NCBI GenBank assembly: GCA_002269645.1
Contig: NIVC01000845.1
Location: 370,003 to 434,002 of the forward strand
Length of the DNA stretch: 64,000 nucleotides
Direction of reading: 5' to 3'
Origin: Macrostomum lignano
Lineage: Eukaryota
Each line of letters begins with the position of its first letter. The stretch's first letter is position 1. A program made the position numbers and the translations under genes. Below the pieces are notes generated by a model. The model did not search any database. It was not told the DNA's origin and worked only from the letters and a program-made list of their open reading frames with translations. Of the stretch, positions 47,630 through 60,431 are shown piece by piece.

Positions 47630-50360
47630 CATCTACTCTCACAGAGTGATCTACTCTCCCAAAGTGTGATCTACTCTCACAGTGTGATCTACTCTCACAG
47701 TGTGATCTACTCTCACAGTGTGATCTACTCTCATAGTGTGATCTACTCTCATAGTGTGATCTACTCTCACAGTGTGATCTACTCTCACAGTGTGATCTAC
47801 TCTCATAGTGTTATCTACTCTCACAGTGTGATCTACTCTCATAGTGTGATCTACTCTAATAGTGTGATCTACTCTCACAGTGTGATCTACTCTCATAGTG
47901 TAATCTACTCTCATAGTGTGATCTACTCTCACAGTGTGATCTACTCTCACAGTGTGATCTACTCTCATAGTGTTATCTACTCTCACAGTGTGATCTACTC
48001 TCATAGTGTAATCTACTCTCATAGTGTGATCTACTCTCATAGTGTGATCTACTCTCACAGTGTGATCTACTCTCATAGTGTGATCTACTCTCACAGTGTG
48101 ATCTACTCACACAGTGTGATCTACTCTCATAGTGTGATCTACTCTCATAGTGTGATCTACTCTCATAGTGTGATCTACTCACACAGTGTGATCTACTCTC
48201 ACAGTGTGATCTACTCTCAGTGTGATCTACTCTCACAGTGTGATCTACTCTCATAGTGTGATCTACTCTCACAGTGTGATCTACTCACACAGTGTGATCT
48301 ACTCTCATAGTGTGATCTACTCTCATAGTGTGATCTACTCTCATAGTGTGATCTACTCACACAGTGTGATCTACTCTCACAGTGTGATCTACTCTCAGTG
48401 TGATCTACTCTCTCACAGTGTGATCTACTCTCTCACAGTGTGATCTACTCTCTCACAGTGTGATCTACTCTCTCACAGTGTGATCTACTCTCTCACAGTG
48501 TGATCTACTCACACAGTGTGATCTACTCCCACAGTGTGATCTACTCTCACAGTGTGATCTACTCTCACAGTGTGATCTACTCTCTCACAGTGTGATCTAC
48601 TCTCACAGTGTGATCTACTCTCACAGTGTGATCTACTCTCACAGTGTGATCTACTCTCACAGTGTGATCTACTCTCACAGTGTGATCTACTCTCACAGTG
48701 TGATCTACTCTCAGTGTGATCTACTCTCAGTGTGATCTACTCTCACAGTGTAATCTACTCTCATAGTGTGATCTACTCTCACAGTGTGATCTACTCTCAC
48801 AGTGTGATCTACTCTCATAGTGTGATCTACTCTCACAGTGTGATCTACTCACACAGTGTGATCTACTCTCATAGTGTGATCTACTCTCATAGTGTGATCT
48901 ACTCTCATAGTGTGATCTACTCACACAGTGTGATCTACTCTCACAGTGTGATCTACTCTCAGTGTGATCTACTCTCATAGTGTGATCTACTCACACAGTG
49001 TGATCTACTCTCACAGTGTGATCTACTCTCAGTGTGATCTACTCTCTCACAGTGTGATCTACTCTCTCACAGTGTGATCTACTCTCTCACAGTGTGATCT
49101 ACTCTCTCACAGTGTGATCTACTCTCTCACAGTGTGATCTACTCACACAGTGTGATCTACTCTCTCACAGTGTGATCTACTCTCACAGTGTGATCTACTC
49201 TCACAGTGTGATCTACTCTCTCACAGTGTGATCTACTCTCACAGTGTGATCTACTCTCATAGTGTGATCTACTCTCACAGTGTGATCTACTCTCACAGTG
49301 TGATCTACTCTCACAGTGTGATCTACTCTCACAGTGTGATCTACTCTCACAGTGTGATCTACTCTCACAGTGTGATCTACTCTCAGTGTGATCTACTCTC
49401 ACAGTGTGATCTACTCTCACAGTGTGATCTACTCTCACAGTGTGATCTACTCTCACAGTGTGATCTACTCTCACAGTGTGATCTACTCTCTCACAGTGTG
49501 ATCTACTCTCACAGTGTGATCTACTCTCAGTGTGATCTACTCTCTCACAGTGTGATCTACTCTCTCACAGTGTGATCTACTCTCTCACAGTGTGATCTAC
49601 TCTCTCACAGTGTGATCTACTCTCTCACAGTGTGATCTACTCACACAGTGTGATCTACTCCCACAGTGTGATCTACTCTCACAGTGTGATCTACTCTCAC
49701 AGTGTGATCTACTCTCTCACAGTGTGATCTACTCTCACAGTGTGATCTACTCTCATAGTGTGATCTACTCTCACAGTGTGATCTACTCTCACAGTGTGAT
49801 CTACTCTCACAGTGTGATCTACTCTCACAGTGTGATCTACTCTCTCACAGTGTGATCTACTCTCACAGTGTGATCTACTCTCAGTGTGATCTACTCTCAG
49901 TGTGATCTACTTCCACAGTGTGATCTACTCTCACAGTGTGATCTACTTCCACAGTGTGATCTACTCTCATAGTGTGATCTACTCTCTCACAGTGTGATCT
50001 ACTCCCACAGTGTGATCTACTCTCACAGTGTGATCTACTCTCATAGTGTGATCTACTCTCACAGTGTGATCTACTTCCACAGTGTGATCTACTCTCACAG
50101 TGTGATCTACTTCCACAGTGTGATCTACTCTCATAGTGTGATCTACTCTCTCACAGTGTGATCTACTCCCACAGTGTGATCTACTCTCACAGTGTGATCT
50201 ACTCTCATAGTGTGATCTACTCTCACAGTGTGATCTACTTCCACAGTGTGATCTACTCTCACAGTGTGATCTACTTCCACAGTGTGATCTACTCTCATAG
50301 TGTGATCTACTCTCTCACAGTGTGATCTACTCCCACAGTGTGATCTACTCTCAGTGTGAT
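47630..50360. repeat. 18/20-bp satellite (CACAGTGTGATCTACTCT[CT])n, 2.7 kb
   Basis: Directly visible. Confidence 0.96.
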
Positions 50361-50974
50361 CTTTTGTAAGTTTTTAGTGGCCGCAAACTAAAATGATTAA
50401 TAATTGCTAACACTCAGCCTTCGCTGATCATCATTTTCATTAAGACAAGCACATTGCCAATTAGATGCTTAATAATGAAATGGCTCCATATTAATTAACT
50501 TAATTCCTATTTTTAATGGTCCCTAAATTACATTAGATTAAATATGAACCTTATACTTGTAGTACTACTTTCACAAAGCCGTCTACTCTCAAGATCAGGG
50601 TTCTCAGTTGGTCTGGAAATATTTGCTCCGAATTTTTTGCATGAAGAGCATGAAAATTTAACTCAGAAATAACGCTCACTTTGAAATTCAGGTTCTGCTA
50701 TTTGTTCCATCTCGGTAATTTATCTAACAGCGAACCCTGAGGCATTCAGAGAAACTGCAAGATTGCCAATTGTAGCGTCCTAAATACCTGAGTTGTCAAC
50801 GAGTCTGCAGATGCAGTCACACCTGGTTGTTGATTTTATTTGGCTACATGTGTTTGGCTACATGTGTAAGTCGCGCTTATTGTTACAAGCGGAGAGCGTC
50901 GGCTTTGAACTGTGCTATAAGTTTCAGTAGAAATTGCATTCACCTAGCCGGGGCACCATTGCCACCAATTTGAA

Positions 50975-53900
50975 ATGGGAATGCCACGGCACTGCATCAA
51001 GCTTATCGCCATCATATTGCTGGGTCAGTTGGTAAGCGATTCTTAATGTTTCCCAAATGTTTACCTGCAGTGTTGTCATGCCCAATGAATCAAATCAATT
51101 ATTTCAGCTGATTCAAGCTGTGACTTCAGTTGCCGTTATCAAAATTCGATTCCTGTACTACAGCAACCAGAGAGGTTGGCTTTATAACGGGCACAGATGC
51201 GATAACCGGTTCTTCTTCGGCAGACACTGCGATCCGTTTTTTACCATTAAGCTCACAGTTAGTGGGTAAGTTCCTAGCCAGCCAAATATGGCGATTTTGA
51301 GACACTCTGCGTCCAGTGTGTCTCAGATGTCTGTCTAGTCTGCGTCCAGTGTGTCTCAGGTGTGCCTAGTCTGCGTCCAGTGTGTCTCAGGTGTGTGTCT
51401 AGTCTGCGTCCAGTGTGTCTCAGGTGTGTGTCTAGTCTGCGTCCGGTGTGTCTCAGGTGCCTGTCTAGTCTGCGTCCAGTGTGTCTCAGGTGTGTGTCTA
51501 GTCTGCGTCCAGTGTGTCTCAGGTGTGTGTCTAGTCTGCGTCCAGTGTGTCTCAGATGTGTCTAGTCTGCGTCCAGTGTGTCTCAGATGTCTGTCTAGTC
51601 TGCGTCCAGTGTGTCTCAGGTGTGCCTAGTCTGCGTCCGGTGTGTCTCAGGTGTGCCTAGTCTGCGTCCAGTGTGTCTCAGGTGTGTCTAGTCTGCGTCC
51701 GGTGTGTCTCAGGTGCCTGTCTAGTCTGCGTCCAGTGTGTCTCAGGTGTGTGTCTAGTCTGCGTCCAGTGTGTCTCAGATGTGTCTAGTCTGCGTCCAGT
51801 GTGTCTCAGATGTGTCTAGTCTGCGTCCAGTGTGTCTCAGATGTGTCTAGTCTGCGTCCGGTGTGTCTCAGATGTGTCTAGTCTGCGTCCAGTGTGTCTC
51901 AGTGTGCCTGTCTAGTCTGCATCCAGTGTGTCTCAGGTGTGTCTAGTCTGCGTCCAGTGTGTCTCAGATGTGTCTAGTCTGCGTCCGGTGTGTCTCAGAT
52001 GTGTCTAGTCTGCGTCCAGTGTGTCTCAGTGTGCCTGTCTAGTCTGCATCCAGTGTGTCTCAGGTGTGTCTAGTCTGCGTCCAGTGTGTCTCAGATGTGT
52101 CTAGTCTGCGTCCAGTGTGTCTCAGATGTGTCTAGTCTGCGTCCAGTGTGTCTCAGATGTGTCTAGTCTGCGTCCAGTGTGTCTCAGATGTGTCTAGTCT
52201 GCGTCCAGTGTGTCTCAGGTGTCTGTCTAGTCTGCGTCCAGTGTGTCTCAGATGTCTGTCTAGTCTGCGTCCGGTGTGTCTCAGGTGTGTCCGTTCTGCG
52301 TCCAGTGTGTCTCAGGTGTGTCTAGTCTGCGTCCAGTGTGTCCCAGATGTGTCTAGTCTGCGTCCAGTGTGTCTCGGGTGTGTCTATTCTCCGTCCAGTG
52401 TGTCTCAGGTGTGTTTACTCTGCGTCCAGTGTGTCTCGGGTGTGTCTATTCTCCGTCCTGTGTGTCTCGGGTGTGTCTATTCTCCGTCCTGTGTGTCTCG
52501 GATGTGTCTATTCTGCGTCCAGTAGATGTAGATAAATCAGCGTCGAGTGTCTATCAGATGTGTCTATTATCTAAACGACGTATCTTGACGCAGGGAAACG
52601 TTTCGCTACGAGACGGACAGGGAGAAAGGCGCAAACACCGTATATTTCGGCAGCAAGATTGTGAACATTGACAATCCGATAGTGAATCGAATCGAAAACT
52701 ATCAAGTAAGTGTTGGCGCTGATGGGTAAGCATCGCCCCTCGCATTGGTCCCCGTTTTTAGAACTATGATATTAAATTTTATTGTAGGGCCACTTAGACA
52801 TCAGCGTGAGAGTTGATGACTTTGACTCTGTGACATCCAATGACTACATGGGGTCTTTCCACCACCGCTTCTCTGCTACCGCCAAACCGTTTGGAGACCT
52901 CAGCGCGCCAACGGAAGTTCATCTGGTGGACAACGGCATGGCGGCTGCCAAGTGAGTCATGTTGACGTGGCAACTGTTTTGCTACAAAGTGCATGCTCTG
53001 GTTGGTATTAGGATCATGATTTAACGAGAAGCATGCAACGATTTCAGTCTAGCATTGCAGATATCAGTCCAGTGTGAAGTGCACTACTACGGATCGGATT
53101 GCAGCAAATTCTGCCAACCCAGAAGCGACTACAATGGCGGTCACTACTATTGTGACATGGACGGCAACAAGATCTGCAAGCCAAGTACTTTAACTAGACA
53201 AACTATTTTTCATGAGTAAAGTTGTGTCCGTAAAACATGAGCAATCATTTAATTTCCAGCATATAACCTGGCTACCGGCTGTCGAGAAAAGTTTTGCTCC
53301 AGTGAGCCGTGTAAAAATGGTGGCAGGTGTATTGATCTGCCAGATAAATTTGTCTGCAAATGTAGGCCGAGTTTTGGAGGTGAGAGAGTCCTGCAGTGAC
53401 ATCGATGCTTAGTCCAGATTCAGTTCAGTTTAACTGCTCATAAATCACGTATCACACAGGAGCCACGTGCATAAGGGAACTCCAACCCTGCCAGTACAGC
53501 AGACCCTGCCAAAATGGTGGTACCTGCATCGCCCGTGTCGGCTGCGCCTGCCCCGCTGGTTTCCATGGCGACGCCTGTCAGCTCGACGTCGACGAGTGCC
53601 GATCGATCTCGCCGTGTCGGGGAAAGGGCAGCGTCTGCGAGAACTGGTTCGGCACCTACAGCTGCCACTGCGGACCGGGCTGGCGCGGCCGGAACTGTAC
53701 AGAGGACATCGACGAGTGCAGAATAATGGGCTATCCGACCTGCTTCAACGGCGGCAACTGCGAGAACACGCCAGGCAGCTTTACCTGCCGCTGCCCGTCC
53801 GGGTTTTCCGGCCGGCAGTGCCAAGAGGACGTCGACGAGTGCCGCCTGGACAGCGGGCCTTGCTCAAACGAGACAGAGGTGTGCCAGAACCTGTTGGGCG

Positions 53901-54358
53901 GCTTTGTCTGCATGTGCCGCGATGGCTTTCAGGCTCCAAACTGCACGCAGAAGTGGCCAGAGCTGCTGGAGTCCCTCAGTGCCAGCATTCCACTGTGGCC
54001 GCCAGTTCTAGTGGCCGCGCTCGCCGTTTCTGCCTTGACAGCGATTCTGGCGGTGTTCCGATGCTCGCGCAGGCGACTCCGAGCTGCTTTTTCAGGGCCG
54101 TCCAAGGACAGCAAGGAATATTCAACAACGGACAACCCGGTGTACAGTCCGGATGAGCGTGGCGATGCTCCAGATGAATTGTATTCCTACAACGAGCCGC
54201 AGGAGGCTGCCGACGTCAGGAGGCCTGTGGAGAATACTGGACAGGAGCTGCCGCCGCCTCTACCGCCGAGGCCGCTGAATTTCGCGGCGATTCGAACTCG
54301 GCAACAGATGGGATGTGAGGCGGAGGCGGGGTGGGGCAGGCAATGTCCCCGCACGTGA
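50975..54358 (+). CDS. Delta-like Notch-ligand-family protein, paralog 1 (SP-C2-DSL-5xEGF-TM-tail), about 548 aa
   Basis: Exons 50975-51031, 51108-51265, 52594-52705, 52788-52951, 53048-53184, 53260-53379, 53460-54358, phase-consistent, 1647 nt. C2 loop VRVDDFDSVTSNDYMG. DSL CEVHYYGSDCSKFCQPRSDYNGGHYYCDMDGNKIC. Five EGF repeats. TM LWPPVLVAALAVSALTAILAVF. AATAAA at 54623. Confidence 0.88.
51300..52520. repeat. 26-30-bp array (GTGTCTAGTCTGCGTCCAGTGTGTCTCAG)n in Delta-like 1 intron 2
   Basis: Directly visible. Confidence 0.93.
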
Positions 54359-54689
54359 GCCTCTACAACTATCAACATTAAGTCTTAGCTTTGAACACTT
54401 GCTTCGAAGGTCAAGGACACTCATCCCGGATCCTGACAATTCATATTTATAAATCAAGAGATTTATAAGCTCTTGGTGTTTTTTTTGTAGAAAAATTACT
54501 ATTGACTTTCCTGTCATAATCACTTTATATAAATTTTCCTAAAACAGGGATATACTTCAATGATAAATTATTTCCCCAGTCGTGTATTTGCAAGTTTTTT
54601 TTCTAAATTCTCATAAATCTACAATAAATGCTGCATCGAAAACAGCATATTTGTTTTTATTTTTACTTTAAAATGAGACTGAGAGTACC

Positions 54690-56250
54690 ATGTGAGAGGT
54701 GATCACACCTTGAGAGAGTTTATTACACCGTGGGAGAGTAGATTACACCATGAGAGAGTAGATCACACGGCGAGACAGTGGATCGCACTGTGAGATTGTG
54801 GATCGCACTGTGAGATTGTGGATTGCACTGTGAGATATTAGATTGCACTGTGAGATAGTAGATCACACTGTAAGATAGTGAATCACACGGCGAGACAGTG
54901 GATCACACTGTGAGATATTAGATCACACTGTGAGATATTAGATCACACTGTGAGATAGTAGATCACACTGTGAGATTTTAGATCACAATGTGAGATAGTA
55001 GATCACACTGTGAGATAGTAGATCACACTGTGAGATAGTAGATCACACTGTGAGATAGTAGATCACACTGTGAGATATTAAATCACACAGTGAGATAGTG
55101 GATCGCACTGTGAGATAGTAGATCACACGGTGAGATATCAGAGCACACTGTGAGATATTACATCACACTGTGATATAGTAGATCACACTGTGAGATAGTA
55201 GATCACACAGTGAGATAGTGGATCGCACTGTGAGATAGTAGATCACACGGTGAGATATCAGAGCACACTGTGAGATATTACATCACACTGTGATATAGTA
55301 GATCACACTGTGAGATAGTAGATCACACTGTGAGATAGTGGATCACACTGTGAGACAGTGGATCACACTGTGAGATAGTAGATCACACGGTGAGATATCA
55401 GAGCACACTGTGAGATATTACATCACACTGTGATATAGTAGATCACACTGTGAGATAGTAGATCACACTGTGAGATAGTGGATCGCACTGTGAGATAGTA
55501 GATCACACGGTGAGATATCAGAGCACACTGTGAGATATAACATCACACTGTGATATATTAGATCACACTGTGAGATAGTGGATCACACTGTGAGACAGTG
55601 GATCACACTGTGAGATAGTAGATCACACTGTGATATATTAGATCACACTGTGAGATAGTGGATCACACTGTGAGATAGTGGATCACACTGTGAGACAGTG
55701 GATCACACTGTGAGATAGTAGATCACACGGTGAGATATCAGAGCACACTGTGAGATATTACATCACACTGTGATATAGTAGATCACACTGTGAGATAGTA
55801 GATCACACTGTGAGATAGTGGATCGCACTGTGAGATAGTAGATCACACGGTGAGATATCAGAGCACACTATGAGATATAACATCACACTGTGATATATTA
55901 GATCACACTGTGAGATAGTGGATCACACTGTGAGACAGTGGATCACACTGTGAGATAGTAGATCACACTGTGATATATTAGATCACACTGTGAGATAGTG
56001 GATCACACTGTGAGATAGTGGATCACACTGTGAGATATTACATCACACTGTGATATATTAGATCACACTGTGAGATATCAGAGCACACTGTGAGATATTA
56101 CATCACACTGTGATATATTAGATCACACTGTGAGATAGTGGATCACACTGTGAGATAGTGGATCACACTGTGAGACAGTGGATCACACTGTGAGACAGTG
56201 GATCACACTGTGAGACAGTGGATCACACTGTGAGACATTGGATCACAGCA
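54690..56250. repeat. 20-bp satellite (GATCACACTGTGAGATAGTA)n, inverted relative of 47630-50360
   Basis: Reverse complement CACAGTGTGATCTACTATCT differs by one base from the 20-bp unit of the upstream array. Confidence 0.95.
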
Positions 56251-56749
56251 TGTTATCAGGAGTCATTACTAAATATCATCCATTAGAAACCGTCACGCAG
56301 CTGGTCCAGTGCGTCAAGAAAAGTGGCTCGTAAAATTTAGCATTCATTTTAGAATCTTCGCAATTCAATGCATAAAAAAGTAATTAAAAGCAATCGGTAA
56401 TGTTGACAATAAAATAGTTAATTGATTTCCTTCCAAACAGCTCACAAGATTCGTGAGAATCGGAAGCTTATCTCATGGCATTCCTTTACAGTAACGCTTG
56501 TTCAGAGTCGAAAGGCTCTGTAAAGATGCAGGGTGCGGGGGTTCAGTGTGGAGTAATTATTAATGTAGCCAGCCAATTTGGCAGCGCAAACTTTAATTAG
56601 GTGCGAACAGTCACGTGTTATTGCTACCAGATCTCCTGGCGAAGGCGAAGGCGAAGCAGAGTAATATATATGAGTACCTGAAAAGTGTGGACAAATCAAG
56701 TCTGCAGTGTCAAATTTATCCTGACTGATCCAACTATCAGCTTTCAGCA

Positions 56750-59700
56750 ATGCATTGGTGCTGCAAGCTTGCACTGGCAACTTTTATGAGCTTGCTGGTG
56801 AGTGGATTGGTGCTGCCTGAGATGCCCAATGTCTCCCATCAGGCTATTAATGTCTTACCGAATTCTGTGTTCCAGATATTGAACTCAGCCAACTCTGCCG
56901 CCGTGGTCAAGGTTCGATTCCTGAGTTACATCAACCGTCGTGGTCTGGCGTACAATGGGCACAAATGCGATCCATCAATTTTTGTATTCCACAGACCTTG
57001 CGATCCATTTTTTAAAATAAAAATTTCAGTGGAAGGGTAAGTAGTGACAGTGGGAGTAGTGACAGTTGGAGTAGTTACAGTTGGAGTAGTGACAGTGGGA
57101 GTAGTGACAGTTGGAGTAGTTACAGTTGGAGTAGTGACAGTTGGAGTAGTGACAGTTGGAGTAGTGACAGTTGGAGTAGTGACAGTTGGAGTAGTGACAT
57201 TTGGAGTAGTTACATTTGGAGTAGTTACAGTTGGAGTAGTTACAGTTGGAGTAGTTTCAGTTGATTTGGAGTAGTTTCAGCTGCAGTAGCTACAGTCGTG
57301 CTACAGTATTTGCAATGCAGGTGTTCAGACAGTATCGGATGCCACAGCAAATATTAATTCTGAGCTGTCAGACTTGCATCATCAAGCCTACGTATGTTCA
57401 CTCGTGTTTGGAATAGTTAAATCGGAAATAGGAAAGCAATCCCTGCCTCTATTGCACAGGTATGAGTGCCGCACCCAAACGGATCGAGTGAGAAACAAGA
57501 ACTCGCTAGATTTTGGCAGCCGAATAGTGAACATCAGAAACCCGATCGTGTGCAGAGTCACCAACTATGCGGTAAAATGCACATCGCTAATGTACTCAGA
57601 TATTCGCAAGCTGTCAAGCAGATTTCAGATTTGCTTTCAATTTACTTGCTCGCAACTTTTCAGCGCTGGGTAAAAGTCACGGTTCGAGTCTACGACTACG
57701 ACTCCGTGTTTGATCACGACCTGATGGGTACTTTCAGTCATAAATATTCTGCGGATGCGCGCCCGTTCGATGACAACTCGCCTGAGTCGGCACAGATTCG
57801 ACTCACTGACGAAGGCAAATCGAAGGCTGAGTGAGTTGAATGCAATGTTAAATTTAACCACCGAAATACAAACGCAACACGCACACGAAAGGGGCGACGC
57901 CGCAGTGAATAAATGCATGTGAAAGCTGTTTTGCTTCATTATGAAAAGCTGCCTCAATGTTCGTTAATGTAGGGGTTAACCCAGACAGCCCGGTACTTGA
58001 CATGTACTCTGCCTTCTTGCATGCCTTACAGGCTTATGCTAAACGTACACGCCTGCGGAGGGTTTAAATCTAATTTGATTCAATGATCTGACTCCAACTA
58101 AAGTATGAATCAAATTGTTTCTGCAACTTTGCATTTTAACATCACCTTTATCTTCACACGCCGTGTCTTCCAGACTGTGGCTGAAAATCTCTGTTCGGTG
58201 CAAGGTCAACTACTACGGTTCCGAGTGCAAGAAGTTCTGCCAGCCGACGAGATCTCCTGAGCTCGGTTACTACGGCTGCACCAGTGACGGAAACAAAGCT
58301 TGCGAGTCCAGTATGGCGAAAATCAGTTTTATCACTTTCTCCGTGTGATTTCAAGTTGAGAAAATGATAAGTAAACAAGAAATACGAGTAGTTTATTAAT
58401 TTCCTTTTCCTATGCAGCCTACGATCCCAACAGAGATTGCCGAAGGACTTTCTGCGCCAGCAGTCCATGCCAGAACGGTGGAACGTGCGAAGATTTACCT
58501 GGAAGTTTTGTTTGCGCCTGCCCTCTTCAGTTCGGAGGTAGGTGGGAAAAATTCCGTTGAGCATGGATTGACATAGGAATCGGATCGAACAAATTTATAA
58601 TGTGGTAATCAAACTCCTTGTAGGTAATGATTGCACTGTACCTATAGCGCTCTGCCAGCACAGCAGACCCTGCCAAAATGGTGGTACCTGCATCGCCGGT
58701 GTCGGCTGCGCCTGCCCCGCTGGTTTCCATGGCGACGCCTGCCAGTTCGACGTCGACGAGTGCCGATCGATCTCGCCGTGTCGGGGAAAGGGCAGCGTCT
58801 GCGAGAACTGGTTCGGCACCTACAGCTGCCACTGCGGGCCAGGCTGGCGCGGCCAGAACTGTACAGAGGACATCGACGAGTGCTCGCAGTCAAGCTTAGC
58901 TGCCTGCTTCAATGGCGGAAAATGTGAGAACACGCCAGGCAGCTTTACCTGCCACTGTCCATTGGGTTATAGGGGCGAAAAATGCGAAGAGGACATAAAT
59001 GAGTGCGCGGTTCAAACCATTGATGACGGTCAGTTGAGTTCGCCGTGCAACGGAAATGGCAGCATCTGTGAAGACTTGATCGGAGACTACAAGTGCGTCT
59101 GCGGTCCGGGCTGGCGAGGTCAAAACTGCACCGAGGACATCGACGAATGCGCATTGGAAAGTGGATTTGACTCATCACTATGTCTAAACGGTGGCACATG
59201 CCGTAATATCCTTGGTGGATTCGTCTGCCTCTGCCCGACTGGGTTTAGCGGTGAGCAATGCCAAGACGATGTAGACGAGTGCGCTAACCAAGCTGCCGAT
59301 GGCGACAACCACAACCTACTTTGCCATGGCAACGGCAGTTTTTGCAAGAATTTGCCAGGAAACTACAGCTGCATCTGTGGTCCAGGTTGGACAGGACGGC
59401 ACTGCACAGAGGACATCAACGAGTGCGAATTGAACGATTCCAGTGCAATTTGTCTTAACGACGGCGTTTGTGTAAATCTACCGGGGAGCTTTAAATGCCA
59501 ATGCAAACTCGGATTTCGTGGGGATCACTGTCAAGTAGATGTCGACGAGTGCACTAATCAATTTGATCACCAGAGCCTATTGTGCAATGGCAACGGAAGC
59601 TATTGTAAGAACTTACCAGGTAACTATAGCTGCATCTGCGGTCCAGGCTGGACAGGAAGGCACTGCGCAGAGGACATCGACGAGTGCAAATTGAACAATT

Positions 59701-60431
59701 ACACAACGATGTGTCTTAATGGCGGTGTTTGCGCAAATCTGCCAGGGAGCTTTGAATGTCATTGTAAAACAGGCTTTCGAGGGGATCGTTGCCAGGAGGA
59801 TATTGAGGAGTGCCTGGAAGGAGACGGACCTTGCAATAACGAGACCCATGTATGCAAAAACCTGATTGGTAGCTTTAGTTGTCTTTGCCGCGATGGCCAG
59901 GTGAGTCCCAACTGCACTGCACCGATAGACCCAACATTGCAGCTAAGCAAAGATGACAGCACTTGGTGGACGCCAGTGATCGCCTTTGTGATCGCTTTCG
60001 TGATCACAATTACTATTTTATCTTCAGCGCTACTGATTCTGTTATATTTGAGACCGTCATTTTGCCATTTTTTGCCGTTCTGGCGGTTCCGTCGCTTGTC
60101 TGACACAACCGCAGTCTTTAAGGGTTGCGATTCGACCGAGGCTGAAAACCCAGTGTACGACGTTGGCGATGAAGCGACACTAGATGTCGGCGATGTTTCA
60201 TCCGCAGCTGTCTACGAAGTGCCCGGGCCGGCAAATCGCTCAAATCAGAGCGAGAATCGGAATTCGGTGATTCCGCCTCAGCTGCCGCCACGGCCGCAGG
60301 TTGCGCTGATTGGCGGTTTGCCCTACCAGCAGATGTCGAACTTATCGTCAGCTGCCGACTCTACCTGCAGCTACGAGGAGCCCAACAGCGTTATTCGGAG
60401 CAGCGCTGGTTTTTCTGCTTACCTGGGCTAA
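56750..60431 (+). CDS. Delta-like Notch-ligand-family protein, paralog 2 (SP-C2-DSL-11xEGF-TM-tail), about 850 aa
   Basis: Exons 56750-56797, 56876-57036, 57460-57571, 57664-57830, 58174-58310, 58418-58537, 58624-60431, 2553 nt. Intron positions and phases match paralog 1. C2 loop [35 protein letters not shown]...[13 protein letters not shown]. Eleven EGF repeats, most of the calcium-binding DIDEC type. [33 protein letters not shown] at 60578. Confidence 0.9.
57042..57280. repeat. 15-bp array (GTAGTGACAGTTGGA)n in Delta-like 2 intron 2
   Basis: Directly visible. It starts immediately after the GTAAGT donor. Confidence 0.92.

Noticed and set aside
47651-52525. VIYSHS, RVDHT and VCLVCVQC repeat ORFs
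   Set aside because: Satellite translations lying between genes or inside an intron.
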